This document shows positions 10,490-20,025 of a stretch of 64,000 bases of DNA, one piece after another. The DNA comes from Candidatus Latescibacterota bacterium. Lineage in GTDB: Bacteria > Latescibacterota > UBA2968 > GCA-2709665. The stretch lies in assembly GCA_965219995.1 (NCBI GenBank), contig CBDCOX010000002.1:3712001-3776000 (forward strand). The letters are read 5' to 3'. A model generated the notes under the pieces. It worked only from the letters and a program-made list of their open reading frames with translations, was not told the origin of the DNA and did not search any database. Both the position numbers and the translations under genes were made by a program. Position 1 is the stretch's first letter, and each line of letters starts with the position of its first letter.

Positions 10490-10645
10490 GCATGGGGCGG
10501 GCAATGGTCGTCGCCCGATCGGCGCAGAGGTAATGCTTCGGATCTGCTTCATGCAGCATTGGTACGCTTTGAACGACCCTGCGATGGAGGACAGTCATTA
10601 CAACGTGGAATCGACGCGCGGCTTCGCGGGGTTGGATCTTCGGCG
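10490..10645 (+). mobile_element. IS5-family transposase remnant (N-terminal DUF772-like fragment)
   Basis: Translates as [49 protein letters not shown], matching the IS5 signature GRxPxxxExMLRxxxxQxWxxLSDxxMEDxLYxxxSxRxFAGL. There is no DDE domain. Confidence 0.8.
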
Positions 10646-10655
10646 GCCGCATCGA

Positions 10656-11726
10656 TCAGACGACAGGCTGGTCCGGGTAGAACTGCCGGCAGTAGCGGCG
10701 GTAGGTTCCGATAGGACCGTCGGAACGGCACAGCCTGGGTGGCGACCGGTGCCGTTTCTTCTCCCAGATCACCACGTCCTGCAGCACGTCCCGTTTCTGC
10801 TGTGACAGCAGAAAATAATTCATCAGCCACCGACGCAGCTTCGAAGGGACGAATCCAAGGCCCGTGATGAACCGCCGGGGTTTTCGTAATTCCTTCATCT
10901 GGGCGGCCAGAACGAGATCGATCACGTTCCCGTCAACGGGTGTGGGAAGCACCCACAATCTCGAGTGCATATCGATGGTTTTTTCGTGGACCTCGACGAA
11001 AGAGTAGCCCAGTCCGTGGATGTGGGCGACTGCCGAGATTTCGTGCGCGAGGTCCATTATCCCAAGGACCCTGCGAACACGTTTGAAGTCGAAACAACTC
11101 TTCAGGTAGGCGCCGTCCACCGTCACCGCGCCGACCGGATTCACGTTGTCGTATCCGTGAACGTAGCGCAGGTGTCCCACGTCAACGGAGTTCTCGCCGG
11201 TTTCCTGGGGATGGCTCCGAAACCGGAGGCGCCGGAATCCCAGCTTGCTCCATTCCGCGCCGGCGGGCGGTTCATCCGGAAGGTCCCAGTGCGAAGGGCG
11301 GCCGCCGCTCCCGTACCAGGCGAAGACCATACCGAGGATCTCTCTGGTTTCGTAGACCTGCAGCCTGGCGGCCTTTGCAGCAGGTGCGTACGGCGTCGCG
11401 ACGCATTGACCCGTCGCATCGAATGTAAAGCCGTGAAACGGACAGACGAGACGCCCGTCGCATACCTTGCCGCCGACCTCCGGCCCGAGGGACGAGCCCA
11501 GGTGCGGGCAGATGGAGTCGGCCACGCAGATACGTCCTTCTTCGTCGCACCAGGCGACGATTTCCTCGCCCATCCACGTCTTCTCGATCAGTTTCTCTCG
11601 AAGAAGGGACTGCCGGGTCGTTACCAGGTACCATCCTTCCGGGAACGGGGGCAGATGATCAGTACCGGCAGCGCCGCGTTCTTTGGGGAAGCTGACCTGT
11701 GACAGTTGCGGTTCTGTCGACGCCAT
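10656..11726 (-). CDS. Rieske non-heme iron oxygenase (Neverland/DAF-36 cholesterol 7-desaturase or KshA-like)
   Basis: CPHLG and CPFHG Rieske ligands; [13 protein letters not shown] mononuclear Fe motif; C-terminal DVVIWEKK...[15 protein letters not shown]; ATG 11726 with RBS AGGAGG. Confidence 0.88.
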   Translation of the reverse strand: MASTEPQLSQVSFPKERGAAGTDHLPPFPEGWYLVTTRQSLLREKLIEKTWMGEEIVAWCDEEGRICVADSICPHLGSSLGPEVGGKVCDGRLVCPFHGFTFDATGQCVATPYAPAAKAARLQVYETREILGMVFAWYGSGGRPSHWDLPDEPPAGAEWSKLGFRRLRFRSHPQETGENSVDVGHLRYVHGYDNVNPVGAVTVDGAYLKSCFDFKRVRRVLGIMDLAHEISAVAHIHGLGYSFVEVHEKTIDMHSRLWVLPTPVDGNVIDLVLAAQMKELRKPRRFITGLGFVPSKLRRWLMNYFLLSQQKRDVLQDVVIWEKKRHRSPPRLCRSDGPIGTYRRYCRQFYPDQPVV

Positions 11727-11759
11727 GCGAATTTCATCCTCCTGATGCAATTCTCACTG

Positions 11760-13043
11760 CTACCAGGCCGTCAGCGCGTCCGTGAAGAGCGCCGCCAGGT
11801 CCTCTTTGCCGGCGGGCCTCGGCGACAGCTTGGTCACCCGGTGCTGGGGCAGCGTGCCCTCCACCAGCGCCGGCACGTCCGCTTCCGTAAATCCGATCGC
11901 CGACAGGCCATTCGGCATTTCGAGCCGCTTCATCAGCGCGACGATACGGTCCGCCAGCAGCTCGCCTGCCTCGGTCTCGGGATTCGTGACCGAGGACACG
12001 TCTCCCCCGAGCAATTCCGCGGCTTTCAGATGCCGGCCGGGGCAGGCAGGACCGGTAAACCGAAAGGACGCCGGAGCATTCAGAAAGACCGACATCCCGT
12101 GCGGTACGATGGAATGATCGCTCACCATGCCTTCGGGCTTGTAATCCCTTACCATCCCGGACACGGGATAGGACATTCCGTGAGGCAGGTGAACGCCCGC
12201 GTTGCCAAACCCCATCCCCGCCATACTCGACGCAAGGATCATGTTCGACCGCGCCTCGTCGTCCTCCGGATCCGCCACGGCGCGCACGATGTTCTCCGCG
12301 ACCAGTTCGATGGCCCTGACCGCCCACATGTCGCTGATGGGATTTGTGCCCTGGTACGCGGGCCGCAGAATCGGCCGATCGGGCAGCGGCCGCTGATCGT
12401 ACGGAATCGCGGTATATGACTCAAGGGCGTGACACAGCACGTCCAGGCCCGTCGACGCGGCCACAACCGGCGGCATGGTTCGTGTGTTCTCGGGATCCAC
12501 AATGCCCAGCGCCGGTTTCAGGCGACGGTGCGCGATCCCTGTTTTCACGTGTTTTTCGGAGATATCGAAGATGGTAACACCCGTGGTCTCGCTGCCCGTT
12601 CCGGCGGTGGTGGGAATCGCGATCAGCGGCTTGAGCGCCCCGGGTACCGGCTTGCCGTTCCCGATGGGCGCGTTTACGTAGGCGTAGAAGTCATCGGGAT
12701 AGGTGGAATAGAGATTCGCGGCTTTTGCCGTATCGATCGAGGAGCCTCCGCCCACCGCGACAAAGGCATCGAAGTTTCCGTCCAATGCAAAGTCGATCGC
12801 CTCCTGAAACGACACGTCTGTCGGCTCGACGCGGACCCGATCGTAAAGCGCGTAATCAACGCCCTCGCGCTTCAGAGCGTCGACCGCCGTCCGTACCGGA
12901 GGCAGGTCCACCAGATTGGGATCGGTGAGCAGCATCACCCGCCTGGCGCCCATTTCGGACAGGTCCATACCCACTTCCCGGGTAGCGCCGGGCCCGAATC
13001 GCAGATTGGACGTTCCCATCTCGAACGCGAAATCGGTCTGCAT
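11760..13043 (-). CDS. Hydroxyacid-oxoacid transhydrogenase (iron-containing ADH, ADHFE1/HOT-like)
   Basis: GGGSSIDTAK, PTTAGTGSETT, DVLCHALES, HLPHGMSYPVSG, VPHGMSV and TLPQHRVTKLSPR. Confidence 0.9.
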   Translation of the reverse strand: MQTDFAFEMGTSNLRFGPGATREVGMDLSEMGARRVMLLTDPNLVDLPPVRTAVDALKREGVDYALYDRVRVEPTDVSFQEAIDFALDGNFDAFVAVGGGSSIDTAKAANLYSTYPDDFYAYVNAPIGNGKPVPGALKPLIAIPTTAGTGSETTGVTIFDISEKHVKTGIAHRRLKPALGIVDPENTRTMPPVVAASTGLDVLCHALESYTAIPYDQRPLPDRPILRPAYQGTNPISDMWAVRAIELVAENIVRAVADPEDDEARSNMILASSMAGMGFGNAGVHLPHGMSYPVSGMVRDYKPEGMVSDHSIVPHGMSVFLNAPASFRFTGPACPGRHLKAAELLGGDVSSVTNPETEAGELLADRIVALMKRLEMPNGLSAIGFTEADVPALVEGTLPQHRVTKLSPRPAGKEDLAALFTDALTAW

Positions 13044-13182
13044 CAGAATCTCCTGTTACCGGAATGGGCAAGAAAAAGGTCCGAAACGATGTGTCGTCTT
13101 ACATCCTGCCCGACACGCGCGGGCTTGTAATTTTAAGAAAATGGATGGATAGAGGCAAGGATAACGGGGAAACGAAGGGGCA

Positions 13183-13217
13183 ATAACAAAGCCTGCCAAT
13201 GTGTTTTACTGGCAGGC
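13183..13217 (-). terminator. Rho-independent terminator
   Basis: Stem GCCTGCCA (13191-13198) / TGGCAGGC (13210-13217), followed on the minus strand by TTTGTTATT, just downstream of the small CDS ending at 13245. Confidence 0.65.
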
Positions 13218-13244
13218 CGTTGACAACGTTATTGATGTAATGGA

Positions 13245-13448
13245 CTATTTCTTATTGAGTTTTGCTTCGTTTGCGGCGATGCGTTCCCCGAAGGAGTCCA
13301 GGCGGGCATCTATTCTCTCCAATTTCCTGTCAACGGTATCAAATTTCGTTTCCATCTTATCTTCCAATCTGTCTATTCTTTGATTGATTCCGGAGGAAAA
13401 GTTCCACAACAGACCCCATATGGCCAATAGCAAAAGTACCAACCGCAT
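13245..13448 (-). CDS. Small protein with an N-terminal hydrophobic helix and a coiled-coil tail
   Basis: MRLVLLLLAIWGLLWNFSSGINQRIDRLEDKMETKFDTVDRKLERIDARLDSFGERIAANEAKLNKK; clear heptad pattern; terminator downstream. Confidence 0.6.
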   Translation of the reverse strand: MRLVLLLLAIWGLLWNFSSGINQRIDRLEDKMETKFDTVDRKLERIDARLDSFGERIAANEAKLNKK

Positions 13449-13831
13449 ATTGTCTTCGTTGAAGATTTTCCCATTCACGGCGCACCTCCGATCTGCGCAA
13501 AAAAGTACGTCAAAGAGGTACATCCTGTCAAGCGAAAAGGTCGAAATACAGATGCTGCTGTGCCAGGATACCTGCCTGCGCCAGGTTCCGCTTGGAAGGC
13601 AGGTCATGCCCCCCGGCGATATCCTCACATTTGTAGAGGCGACCGGCAGGTCGCACCTAAACTAACCTGGTCTGCTCGCATTGAAATCGCCAGGCCAATT
13701 CGTTAACAGGTTCTGTACTGACGGTTGACCGCGTTTCTACCTATGAGCTGACGCTGTAGTAGACGTCACGCGGCTTACGACATTTAGAGTAGAGACGTGG
13801 TTCCCCCTCAGGACCGGACGTCCGCCGAGAA

Positions 13832-14221
13832 TTAGGGCGGTTGGCTCAACATTTCTGCTTTTGAAAAATCGAGCGCCAGTCTCTGCATGAATTTTACGAC
13901 CGGATTCCCAACTTTGAAAACTGGAAGTCGTCCATTCTTAGACAAGAACAGGTCTTTATGTGGAAGATGCGCCGAGTGATTTGAGACAACGAACAGCCAA
14001 ATCAACCTGGCGAAAATAGCCCGGTAGGACGTGTGTTCGTCGATCTTGCGGGGGACGCGTTCAGGAGGATATAAGAATTCCCGCATTATTTCGTCGAGCG
14101 ACGCTGATTGTGTCCCTGCCCCTTCCTCTGCTTCAACCCAGTTTTCGAGGTCTTCGAGCCTTCGGGATATCTCTTTTGTTCCTTGCAATCGTCTTTTTGC
14201 TTCTGCGTATAAGCCCAACAT
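13832..14221 (-). CDS. Hypothetical protein
   Basis: 129-aa ORF in an AT-richer islet, with TTGACA-N16-TACCTT upstream (about 14305-14332, minus strand). No family recognised. Confidence 0.4.
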   Translation of the reverse strand: MLGLYAEAKRRLQGTKEISRRLEDLENWVEAEEGAGTQSASLDEIMREFLYPPERVPRKIDEHTSYRAIFARLIWLFVVSNHSAHLPHKDLFLSKNGRLPVFKVGNPVVKFMQRLALDFSKAEMLSQPP

Positions 14222-14598
14222 AACGTCTATGACCCCACGAGAAATACTGGGGTTGCTGTTGCAAATAACACAATAACCCTGAACGTTGCTATTGACTTAA
14301 GGGTAAAGGTATCAGTATTGTCGCCAGTGTCAATGCGAAATTAGTAAATTTACATGGTCTTTGGGAGCCCTTACGGACACCAGCAAAGGACGCTCACTTA
14401 CGCCAATTACATGCTCCGTCCGGAACCCCGTAATTGCGACTTCCGATTGGCCTGATTGGGGCGATCATGGTTGGCCCGATCAGGGCGATCGATGACATTT
14501 GCAGATGTTTGCCCTCATGCGGCCGCGTGCGCTTTTGGGCTCGATGGCCGGCGGCGGTGAGGGCGCTACGGTCGACCGGTGTCTTTCATCAACTGAGG

Positions 14599-14898
14599 TT
14601 ACCTGTACCCCTTCTGCCTTCCTCGTCGCAGCGCGCGTTTCTGGTCCGCGGTACGTGAGCGATAGGCAGTGATAACGTGCTCGTCTATGATGACGACCTT
14701 GCGATTCTTGAGCCGTTCCAGCAGCTGAATCTCCCGTTTGCGGTTCGCAATCTCGCGCGCGACGTCCCGCCTTCGCATCAGCCACGTATCCCTGTCGACT
14801 GGTGTACCGAATTCCTCAATCATACGTATGTCTCTTCCGCGAATGCCCCGTTGCTGCGTGCGCGTCTCGGCGTGGCGGGTGTAGATCAAATCACTCAT
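14599..14898 (-). CDS. DUF4258-like small protein (putative RelE-fold toxin-like)
   Basis: YTRHAETRTQQRGI N-terminus and VITAY C-terminal motif; basic; starts 11 bp after the XRE gene stop. Confidence 0.65.
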   Translation of the reverse strand: MSDLIYTRHAETRTQQRGIRGRDIRMIEEFGTPVDRDTWLMRRRDVAREIANRKREIQLLERLKNRKVVIIDEHVITAYRSRTADQKRALRRGRQKGYR

Positions 14899-14909
14899 TG
14901 GTCGTCTCC

Positions 14910-15899
14910 TTACGATTCGGTTTCAGAACTGGTCGATTGAGATGCTTCCCACTGTTCCATTTGTTCGAAGATAGACGCGAAAATTCCGTTCTTCGAATCT
15001 TTGAGTTTCTCGGGTAATCTGTCTTCAATCCACTGTTGACGTTCCTTTTTCGTGTTGCTGCCCATCAGATCATCGGGGATTTCGGAAATTCGCAAGAGAC
15101 CAAATTCAAGGGCTAATCTGCATTTCAGAGACCCGTTGGCGATATTGGCAAGTTCCTCTGGCCAGACCTCGTACTTGGGGAACCTGAAGTTCAATTCGAC
15201 ATCCAGTTCGCCGACATCCACCTTGACGATGTCTGGAACGGCGAGGTCGTCAGCCAGTTTGCGCAAATAGTCTGCTAACGGGTTTTCTTCCTCGGGATCG
15301 AAGAAGCTACGATCTACAAGGCTGCTGTCGGGATCATCGAGTAGATGTTCGCCGAACAAATCGGCCTTCTGGATGGATTCTTTTTCGAGCTCAATCCCCT
15401 CGTAAACGAAATCGTAAAGTCCAGTGGCTAAACCTCCGCGCCAGAATCCTTCAATTTTCTCCACAGGATCAATCGCATCCACAGCTTGTCTGGATTTCTC
15501 TCGCCGCCATGCGAGGCTTCCCTCGGCCAGGAGCGTGAAGAACAGCGGGCCCATATTGATCAGGTCAGTGGCGTTGACGCCATACCGGCGTTTGATGAGA
15601 TCGTATGCGAGCCGAACCTTTGGCGCGATCTGAGCCCCGATGCGGACGGGGTCCGGTTCGGCGAACGGGGCCTCGTCGGCGTCCGGCAGATCCAACTCGC
15701 CGGTGAGCACGCCTGGTTCGACGTCTAGCGCTTCGGCCAGTTTGCTCACAGTGTACTCCCGGGTCCTCTTGCACCGATCCGGCTCGTTTTCCAGTCGTTG
15801 GATCGTCCGGACCGTGATTCCGGAATCCCGATGAAGATCGGGGCGCGACAGTTTCTTTCGCTGGCGGAGTGTGCGAAGGCGGTCAGCGTCGATTTTCAT
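14910..15899 (-). CDS. XRE-family HTH transcriptional regulator with a large acidic C-terminal domain
   Basis: RLRTLRQRKKLSRPDLHRDSGITVRTIQRLEN...KLAEALDVEP is an XRE HTH; RBS GGAGA; AT-rich upstream region. Confidence 0.8.
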   Translation of the reverse strand: MKIDADRLRTLRQRKKLSRPDLHRDSGITVRTIQRLENEPDRCKRTREYTVSKLAEALDVEPGVLTGELDLPDADEAPFAEPDPVRIGAQIAPKVRLAYDLIKRRYGVNATDLINMGPLFFTLLAEGSLAWRREKSRQAVDAIDPVEKIEGFWRGGLATGLYDFVYEGIELEKESIQKADLFGEHLLDDPDSSLVDRSFFDPEEENPLADYLRKLADDLAVPDIVKVDVGELDVELNFRFPKYEVWPEELANIANGSLKCRLALEFGLLRISEIPDDLMGSNTKKERQQWIEDRLPEKLKDSKNGIFASIFEQMEQWEASQSTSSETES

Positions 15900-16192
15900 T
15901 TTTGTCTCCTTGCAGTCGGGAATTCAGTTGCGGCTGGTCATGTGCGATACGAAAATGTAATCCATTTGATACAATCAAACAACAGATATTAATAGAAATA
16001 TCTTTATTTATATTGTCATTAAAAAGGTAATAACTACTTGTATTGTCCGGTTCGGTCCCAAAGACGCTTGAAATACGTCCATCACGCCAAACATGAGCAG
16101 ACATTTACGGACATTTCGTTATCTGACGCAACGAAGGGTATTCCTCGATTAATGGCAAGCCGGTGACCGGTCGACGATCTCCTGGCTTTCCT

Positions 16193-16468
16193 CCCCCTCT
16201 CCCCGTGGGAGAGGGGGTTGGGGGGAGAGGTCTGCGCATCCTATAATTGATATCGCCAGTCCATATCGTCATCCCGTGGCCGCGGTGTGATCATCTACCG
16301 TCTCCCCTCTCACGTCTTACCGCTTCTGAGGGGCCGGGGGGAGAGGTCTGCGCATCACCTAGTTGATATCGCCAGACCACATCGTCATCCCGTGGCCGCG
16401 GTGTGATCATCTACCGTCTCCCGTCTCCCGTCTTACCGCTTCTGAGGGGTTGGGAGGAGAGGTCCGCG
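16193..16468. repeat. About 117-bp tandem duplication (about 2.2 copies) carrying a CCCCTCTCCC/GGGAGAGGGG palindrome and a heptamer arm
   Basis: The unit GGAGAGGTCTGCGCATC...TGATATCGCCAG..CATCGTCATCCCGTGGCCGCGGTGTGATCATCTACCGTCTCCC...TCTTACCGCTTCTGAGGGG occurs twice, followed by a third GGAGAGGTC. Confidence 0.85.
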
Positions 16469-16582
16469 CCCCGCTGTATGACGTTCTCGCTGGCGTGACG
16501 GCTTTTGTTTATCATGAGGTGTATATCCCCGCGCACGTCGTTTGTGAGCCCTCCCGCCACTCGCTGATTGAACGACAATCTT

Positions 16583-18553
16583 ATGCCTCGTGAAGATCCC
16601 CCAAGAATTCGCAATCTCGGTATCCTCGCACACGTCGATGCCGGCAAGACTACGGTGACCGAGAATCTGCTGTACCTCAGCGGCGCCATCCGCGTGCCCG
16701 GAAATGTCGACAAAGGGACCAGCCTCTCCGATACGCTCGACGTGGAGAGGCGGCGAGGGATCTCGGTCCGGGCATCGGCGATGTCATTCGAGTGGGAGGG
16801 CGTGCGGATCAACCTGATCGACACGCCGGGGCACGTCGACTTTTCCGCCGAAGTCGAACGGTCGCTTCGGGTGCTGGATTGCGCCGTGCTCGTTCTTTCC
16901 GCGGTCGAAGGCATCCAGGCCCAGACCGAGACGATATGGGCCGCGCTGGAAGCGCTGAACATACCTGTCATCCTTTTCGTGAACAAACTGGATCGGATCG
17001 GCGCGGATACGGCGAAGGTCCTCGATGATCTGAAGCTTCGATTTTCACGCGACGTGATTCCGGTCAATCAGCCGGAGAAGGAAGGCGAATCGGACGCTGG
17101 TATCGTTAGTCTGGACCCGGACGGTCAAACCGCCATGACAGAGAGCGTCGCCGCGAAGGACGATATGCTCCTGGAGCGATTCCTGAACGAAGAGCCGATT
17201 TCACGAGCAGAGATCGAGAAGGTGATTGCGGCTTGCACGGCAAAGAGAGAACTGTTTCCCATGCTCTGCGGCGTGGCAAAGAACATGATCGGAACGGAGG
17301 AACTGCTGGGGAAGATCGTGGCCTGGTTCCCCGATTCGGATGCCGACGACTCACGTCCGCCTTCCGGTGTGGTGTTCAAGCTCGACCACGATCCGAAACT
17401 TGGGCGCATCGCCGGCGTTCGTCTCTATGCAGGACGACTCCAAAACAGGGATATCATCCGGAACGTTACGGCGGATCGCGACGAGAAGATTACGCAGATC
17501 AAGAAGTCCTATCTCAATCGATACGAGGACACGAATGCCCTCTCCGCCGGCGACATCGGTTTCTTGTGCGGGATGCCTGAGGCGAAGATCGGCGACGTCC
17601 TGGGCGACCCGGGCCAGGTCCCCGGGTCCTGCGAACTTGGAGAGCCCCTGCTGTCGGTTCAGGCAATCCCGGTAGACGAGGCGGATCATTCCCGGCTGGC
17701 CGCGGCGCTGCAACAGTTGTCGAGCGAAGACCCGCGCCTCAACTACACGTGGTTCGAGGATGAACGCGAACTGCACGTGAGGATCATGGGCCCGGTTCAG
17801 GCGGAGATCCTGAAGGAGATGCTCGATGCGCGATTCGGCATCCAGGCGCGGTTCAATGACCCGATGGTCATTTACAAGGAGACACCTGCTTCCGTCGGAT
17901 ACGGTATCGAGCGCTACACGATGCCGAAACCGTGTTGGGCCATCGTGAAGGTTCGGATCGAACCGGGCGAGCCGGGAAGCGGTGTCGTTTATTCGTCACA
18001 GGTCGGCGTCAACGACATCAAGGCACGATATCAGAAGGAGATCGAAAGATCGATCGATGGCGCGCTCAGGCAGGGCATCAAGGGATGGGAAGTCACGGAT
18101 CTGAAGATTACCCTGGTGGAGGGAAGCGATCACGTTCTGCACAGCCGCGCGGGCAATTTCAAACTGGCAACCAATATCGCGGTGTTGAAAGGGCTGACCG
18201 CGACCGGGTCGACTCTGCTCGAACCGATACTGGCGTTCGAAATCTCGGTGGCCGAGGCCTACGTTGGAAGAATCACGTCCGATATCATCAACGCGCGCGG
18301 CGCCTTCGATCCCGTACAGGCAGACGGAGGTGCGCTATCGGTTACGGGACGAGTACCCCTGGCGACTTCAATGGACTATCCCATCCGGCTGAACTCGTTG
18401 ACTGGCGGAACGGCGAAATTCTCCTTCAAGTACGACGGATATGAACGGTGCCCGCCGGGCGAGGGCGTCGTGCGGCCATACAAGGGGATATCGCCGCTGG
18501 ATCGGGCGAAGTACATCCTGAAGATGCGAGGGGCGGTAACGGAAGCCGTTTGA
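16583..18553 (+). CDS. TetM/TetW/TetO-like translational GTPase (EF-G paralog, ribosomal protection protein-like)
   Basis: AHVDAGKTT, ERRRGIS, DTPGHVDF, NKLD, VIYKETP, WEVTDLKITL; length about 656 aa. Confidence 0.88.
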   Translation: MPREDPPRIRNLGILAHVDAGKTTVTENLLYLSGAIRVPGNVDKGTSLSDTLDVERRRGISVRASAMSFEWEGVRINLIDTPGHVDFSAEVERSLRVLDCAVLVLSAVEGIQAQTETIWAALEALNIPVILFVNKLDRIGADTAKVLDDLKLRFSRDVIPVNQPEKEGESDAGIVSLDPDGQTAMTESVAAKDDMLLERFLNEEPISRAEIEKVIAACTAKRELFPMLCGVAKNMIGTEELLGKIVAWFPDSDADDSRPPSGVVFKLDHDPKLGRIAGVRLYAGRLQNRDIIRNVTADRDEKITQIKKSYLNRYEDTNALSAGDIGFLCGMPEAKIGDVLGDPGQVPGSCELGEPLLSVQAIPVDEADHSRLAAALQQLSSEDPRLNYTWFEDERELHVRIMGPVQAEILKEMLDARFGIQARFNDPMVIYKETPASVGYGIERYTMPKPCWAIVKVRIEPGEPGSGVVYSSQVGVNDIKARYQKEIERSIDGALRQGIKGWEVTDLKITLVEGSDHVLHSRAGNFKLATNIAVLKGLTATGSTLLEPILAFEISVAEAYVGRITSDIINARGAFDPVQADGGALSVTGRVPLATSMDYPIRLNSLTGGTAKFSFKYDGYERCPPGEGVVRPYKGISPLDRAKYILKMRGAVTEAV

Positions 18554-18741
18554 ATCTCCCGTCTCACCGCCTTTAATTGCCTTTCCCCCGCGCCAGAAAT
18601 ACCTTGTTCCATCTCCCGAAATCGAATATACTCCCGTTCGCCCGCTTGTTGTCTCAACCCCGCTGCGATGTGCGCGTTCCGTGACGGTCGAACGTCCCGT
18701 CCGGGTTTCGCGCCGTCGCGGTGTTCTCTTTTGTACCGTGG

Positions 18742-19530
18742 ATGCAAAACGCACCCGTAATTACCGTTGAAAACGCGTGCAAGACCTTTTCCGGAGACCG
18801 CGGCGAGGTCCAGGCCCTGGACGGTTTCGACATGGCCGTGGAGGAGGGGCAGTTCGTCTCCATTGTCGGTCCGAGCGGCTGCGGAAAGAGCACCCTGTTG
18901 TGGGCCATGGCGGCGCTCTGGCCGCTCTCCGAAGGGAAGATAACCGTTAACGGACGCGAGGTTCTGGAACCGCGGCGGGAAATCGGCATGGTCTTCCAGA
19001 CCTCCAACCTGCTCCCGTGGCGGAACCTGCTGCAGAATATCCGGTTTCCCTTTGAGATCATGAGGGAAGATCCGGGACGATATCAGGACCGCATCGACGA
19101 CCTGATCGAGGTCACGGCCCTGAAGGGTTTCGAGCACCACTATCCGGGAGAACTCTCGGGTGGCATGCAGCAGCGGGCTTCCATCGTCCGGGCGCTGGCC
19201 TACGACCCCAGGGTCCTGTTGATGGACGAGCCCTTCGGCGCCCTGGACGCATTTACCCGGGACGAGATGAATCTGATGCTCCTCAACATCTGGGAGCAGT
19301 CCGGCAAAACCATCGTCTTCGTCACCCATCAGATTCCGGAAGCCGTCTACCTCTCGGACCGGGTCTACGTGATGACCCCGCGCCCGGGACGGAACTCGAA
19401 AATCTACGACATCGACCTGCCCCGCCCGCGCCCGTTGTCCGTTACCGCCGAACCCCATTTCTTCGAAATCGTCGCTGAAATCAAACAGACCATCTTTCAC
19501 GACGTACAGAACGACGCCGCGCCAGCCTGA
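18742..19530 (+). CDS. ABC transporter ATP-binding protein (NitT/TauT/SsuB type)
   Basis: GPSGCGKST, LSGGMQQR, LLMDEPFGALD, FVTH. Confidence 0.95.
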   Translation: MQNAPVITVENACKTFSGDRGEVQALDGFDMAVEEGQFVSIVGPSGCGKSTLLWAMAALWPLSEGKITVNGREVLEPRREIGMVFQTSNLLPWRNLLQNIRFPFEIMREDPGRYQDRIDDLIEVTALKGFEHHYPGELSGGMQQRASIVRALAYDPRVLLMDEPFGALDAFTRDEMNLMLLNIWEQSGKTIVFVTHQIPEAVYLSDRVYVMTPRPGRNSKIYDIDLPRPRPLSVTAEPHFFEIVAEIKQTIFHDVQNDAAPA

Positions 19531-19575
19531 CGACAACCGGCGACCGGTGGCGAGGCGTAGAGGTCGCGAAAAGTC

Positions 19576-19870
19576 GGTGAGACGTAAGACGTTAGACGGT
19601 AGAAGACATCCTTGCCCGATTGGTTCTTCCTTAATGCCTCCGGCGAGAAATGAAACCTCTCCGGGCGATAAAACCAGTGAGACGCAAGACGGTAGACGGT
19701 AGATGAAGACAATTGCAGCAATGTTTCCGCATAAACCGTGCCTGCTAATTTACCGTTATCATAACGACTGGAAAAACCATAGGGCACTCGTTTCATCTCC
19801 CGTCTTACGTCTCCCGTCTACCCGCTTTCTGGCACTGACATCATCTCCCGTCTCCCGTCTACCCTCTTCC
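19576..19870 (+). repeat. Heptamer-armed dispersed element, type 1, copy A
   Basis: (GAGACGK/TAGACGG)n arms, conserved internal segments TTGCCCGATTGGTTCTTCCTT...AAATGAAACC and ATAAACCGTGCCTGCTAATTTACCGTT...CATAGGGCACTC, and inverted (CCGTCTC)n arms. Similar copies at 22228, 27437, 39215 and 52772 (reverse). Confidence 0.9.
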
Positions 19871-19914
19871 CCGGATCGAGGGCATCTTGCCCTCGAAGCG
19901 CTCTGATTGGATCT

Positions 19915-19990
19915 GTAGGGGCAACCCTTGTGGTTGCCCGTCTTTCGGTCGTTTCCGGTTTCCCTTTGCGTCTTCGTGTCTTTGTGTGAG
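19915..19990 (+). repeat. GTAG-type REP-like palindrome
   Basis: GTAGGGGCAACCCTTGTGGTTGCCC (GGGCAACC/GGTTGCCC stem), identical at 27221-27245, with a similar 3-prime tail. Confidence 0.8.
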
Positions 19991-20025
19991 TTGATCGCTG
20001 ATTGCTTTCTTTAACGGTTCAACCC

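Noticed and set aside
16193-16468. Possible CRISPR array
   Set aside because: The whole ~117-bp unit is duplicated, including the would-be spacers. There are only two units and no cas genes.
16583-18553. Calling the gene tetM/tetO or fusA
   Set aside because: The domain IV loops differ from characterised Tet proteins and the sequence does not read like canonical EF-G, so it is left without a symbol.
18376-19536. Long minus-strand ORF (and similar ones at 3803-4783, 9250-10212, 28356-29249, 45571-46392, 48215-49153)
   Set aside because: Antisense shadows of well-supported genes, as expected in high-GC DNA.
19497-19906. Short ORFs inside the heptamer elements (also 22200-22612, 27202-27597, 53742-54264, and the 39195-39323 extension)
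   Set aside because: They are translations of the repeat (SRLPS/TVYPL-type heptamer peptides). Frames and stops differ between copies, so there is no conserved coding signal.
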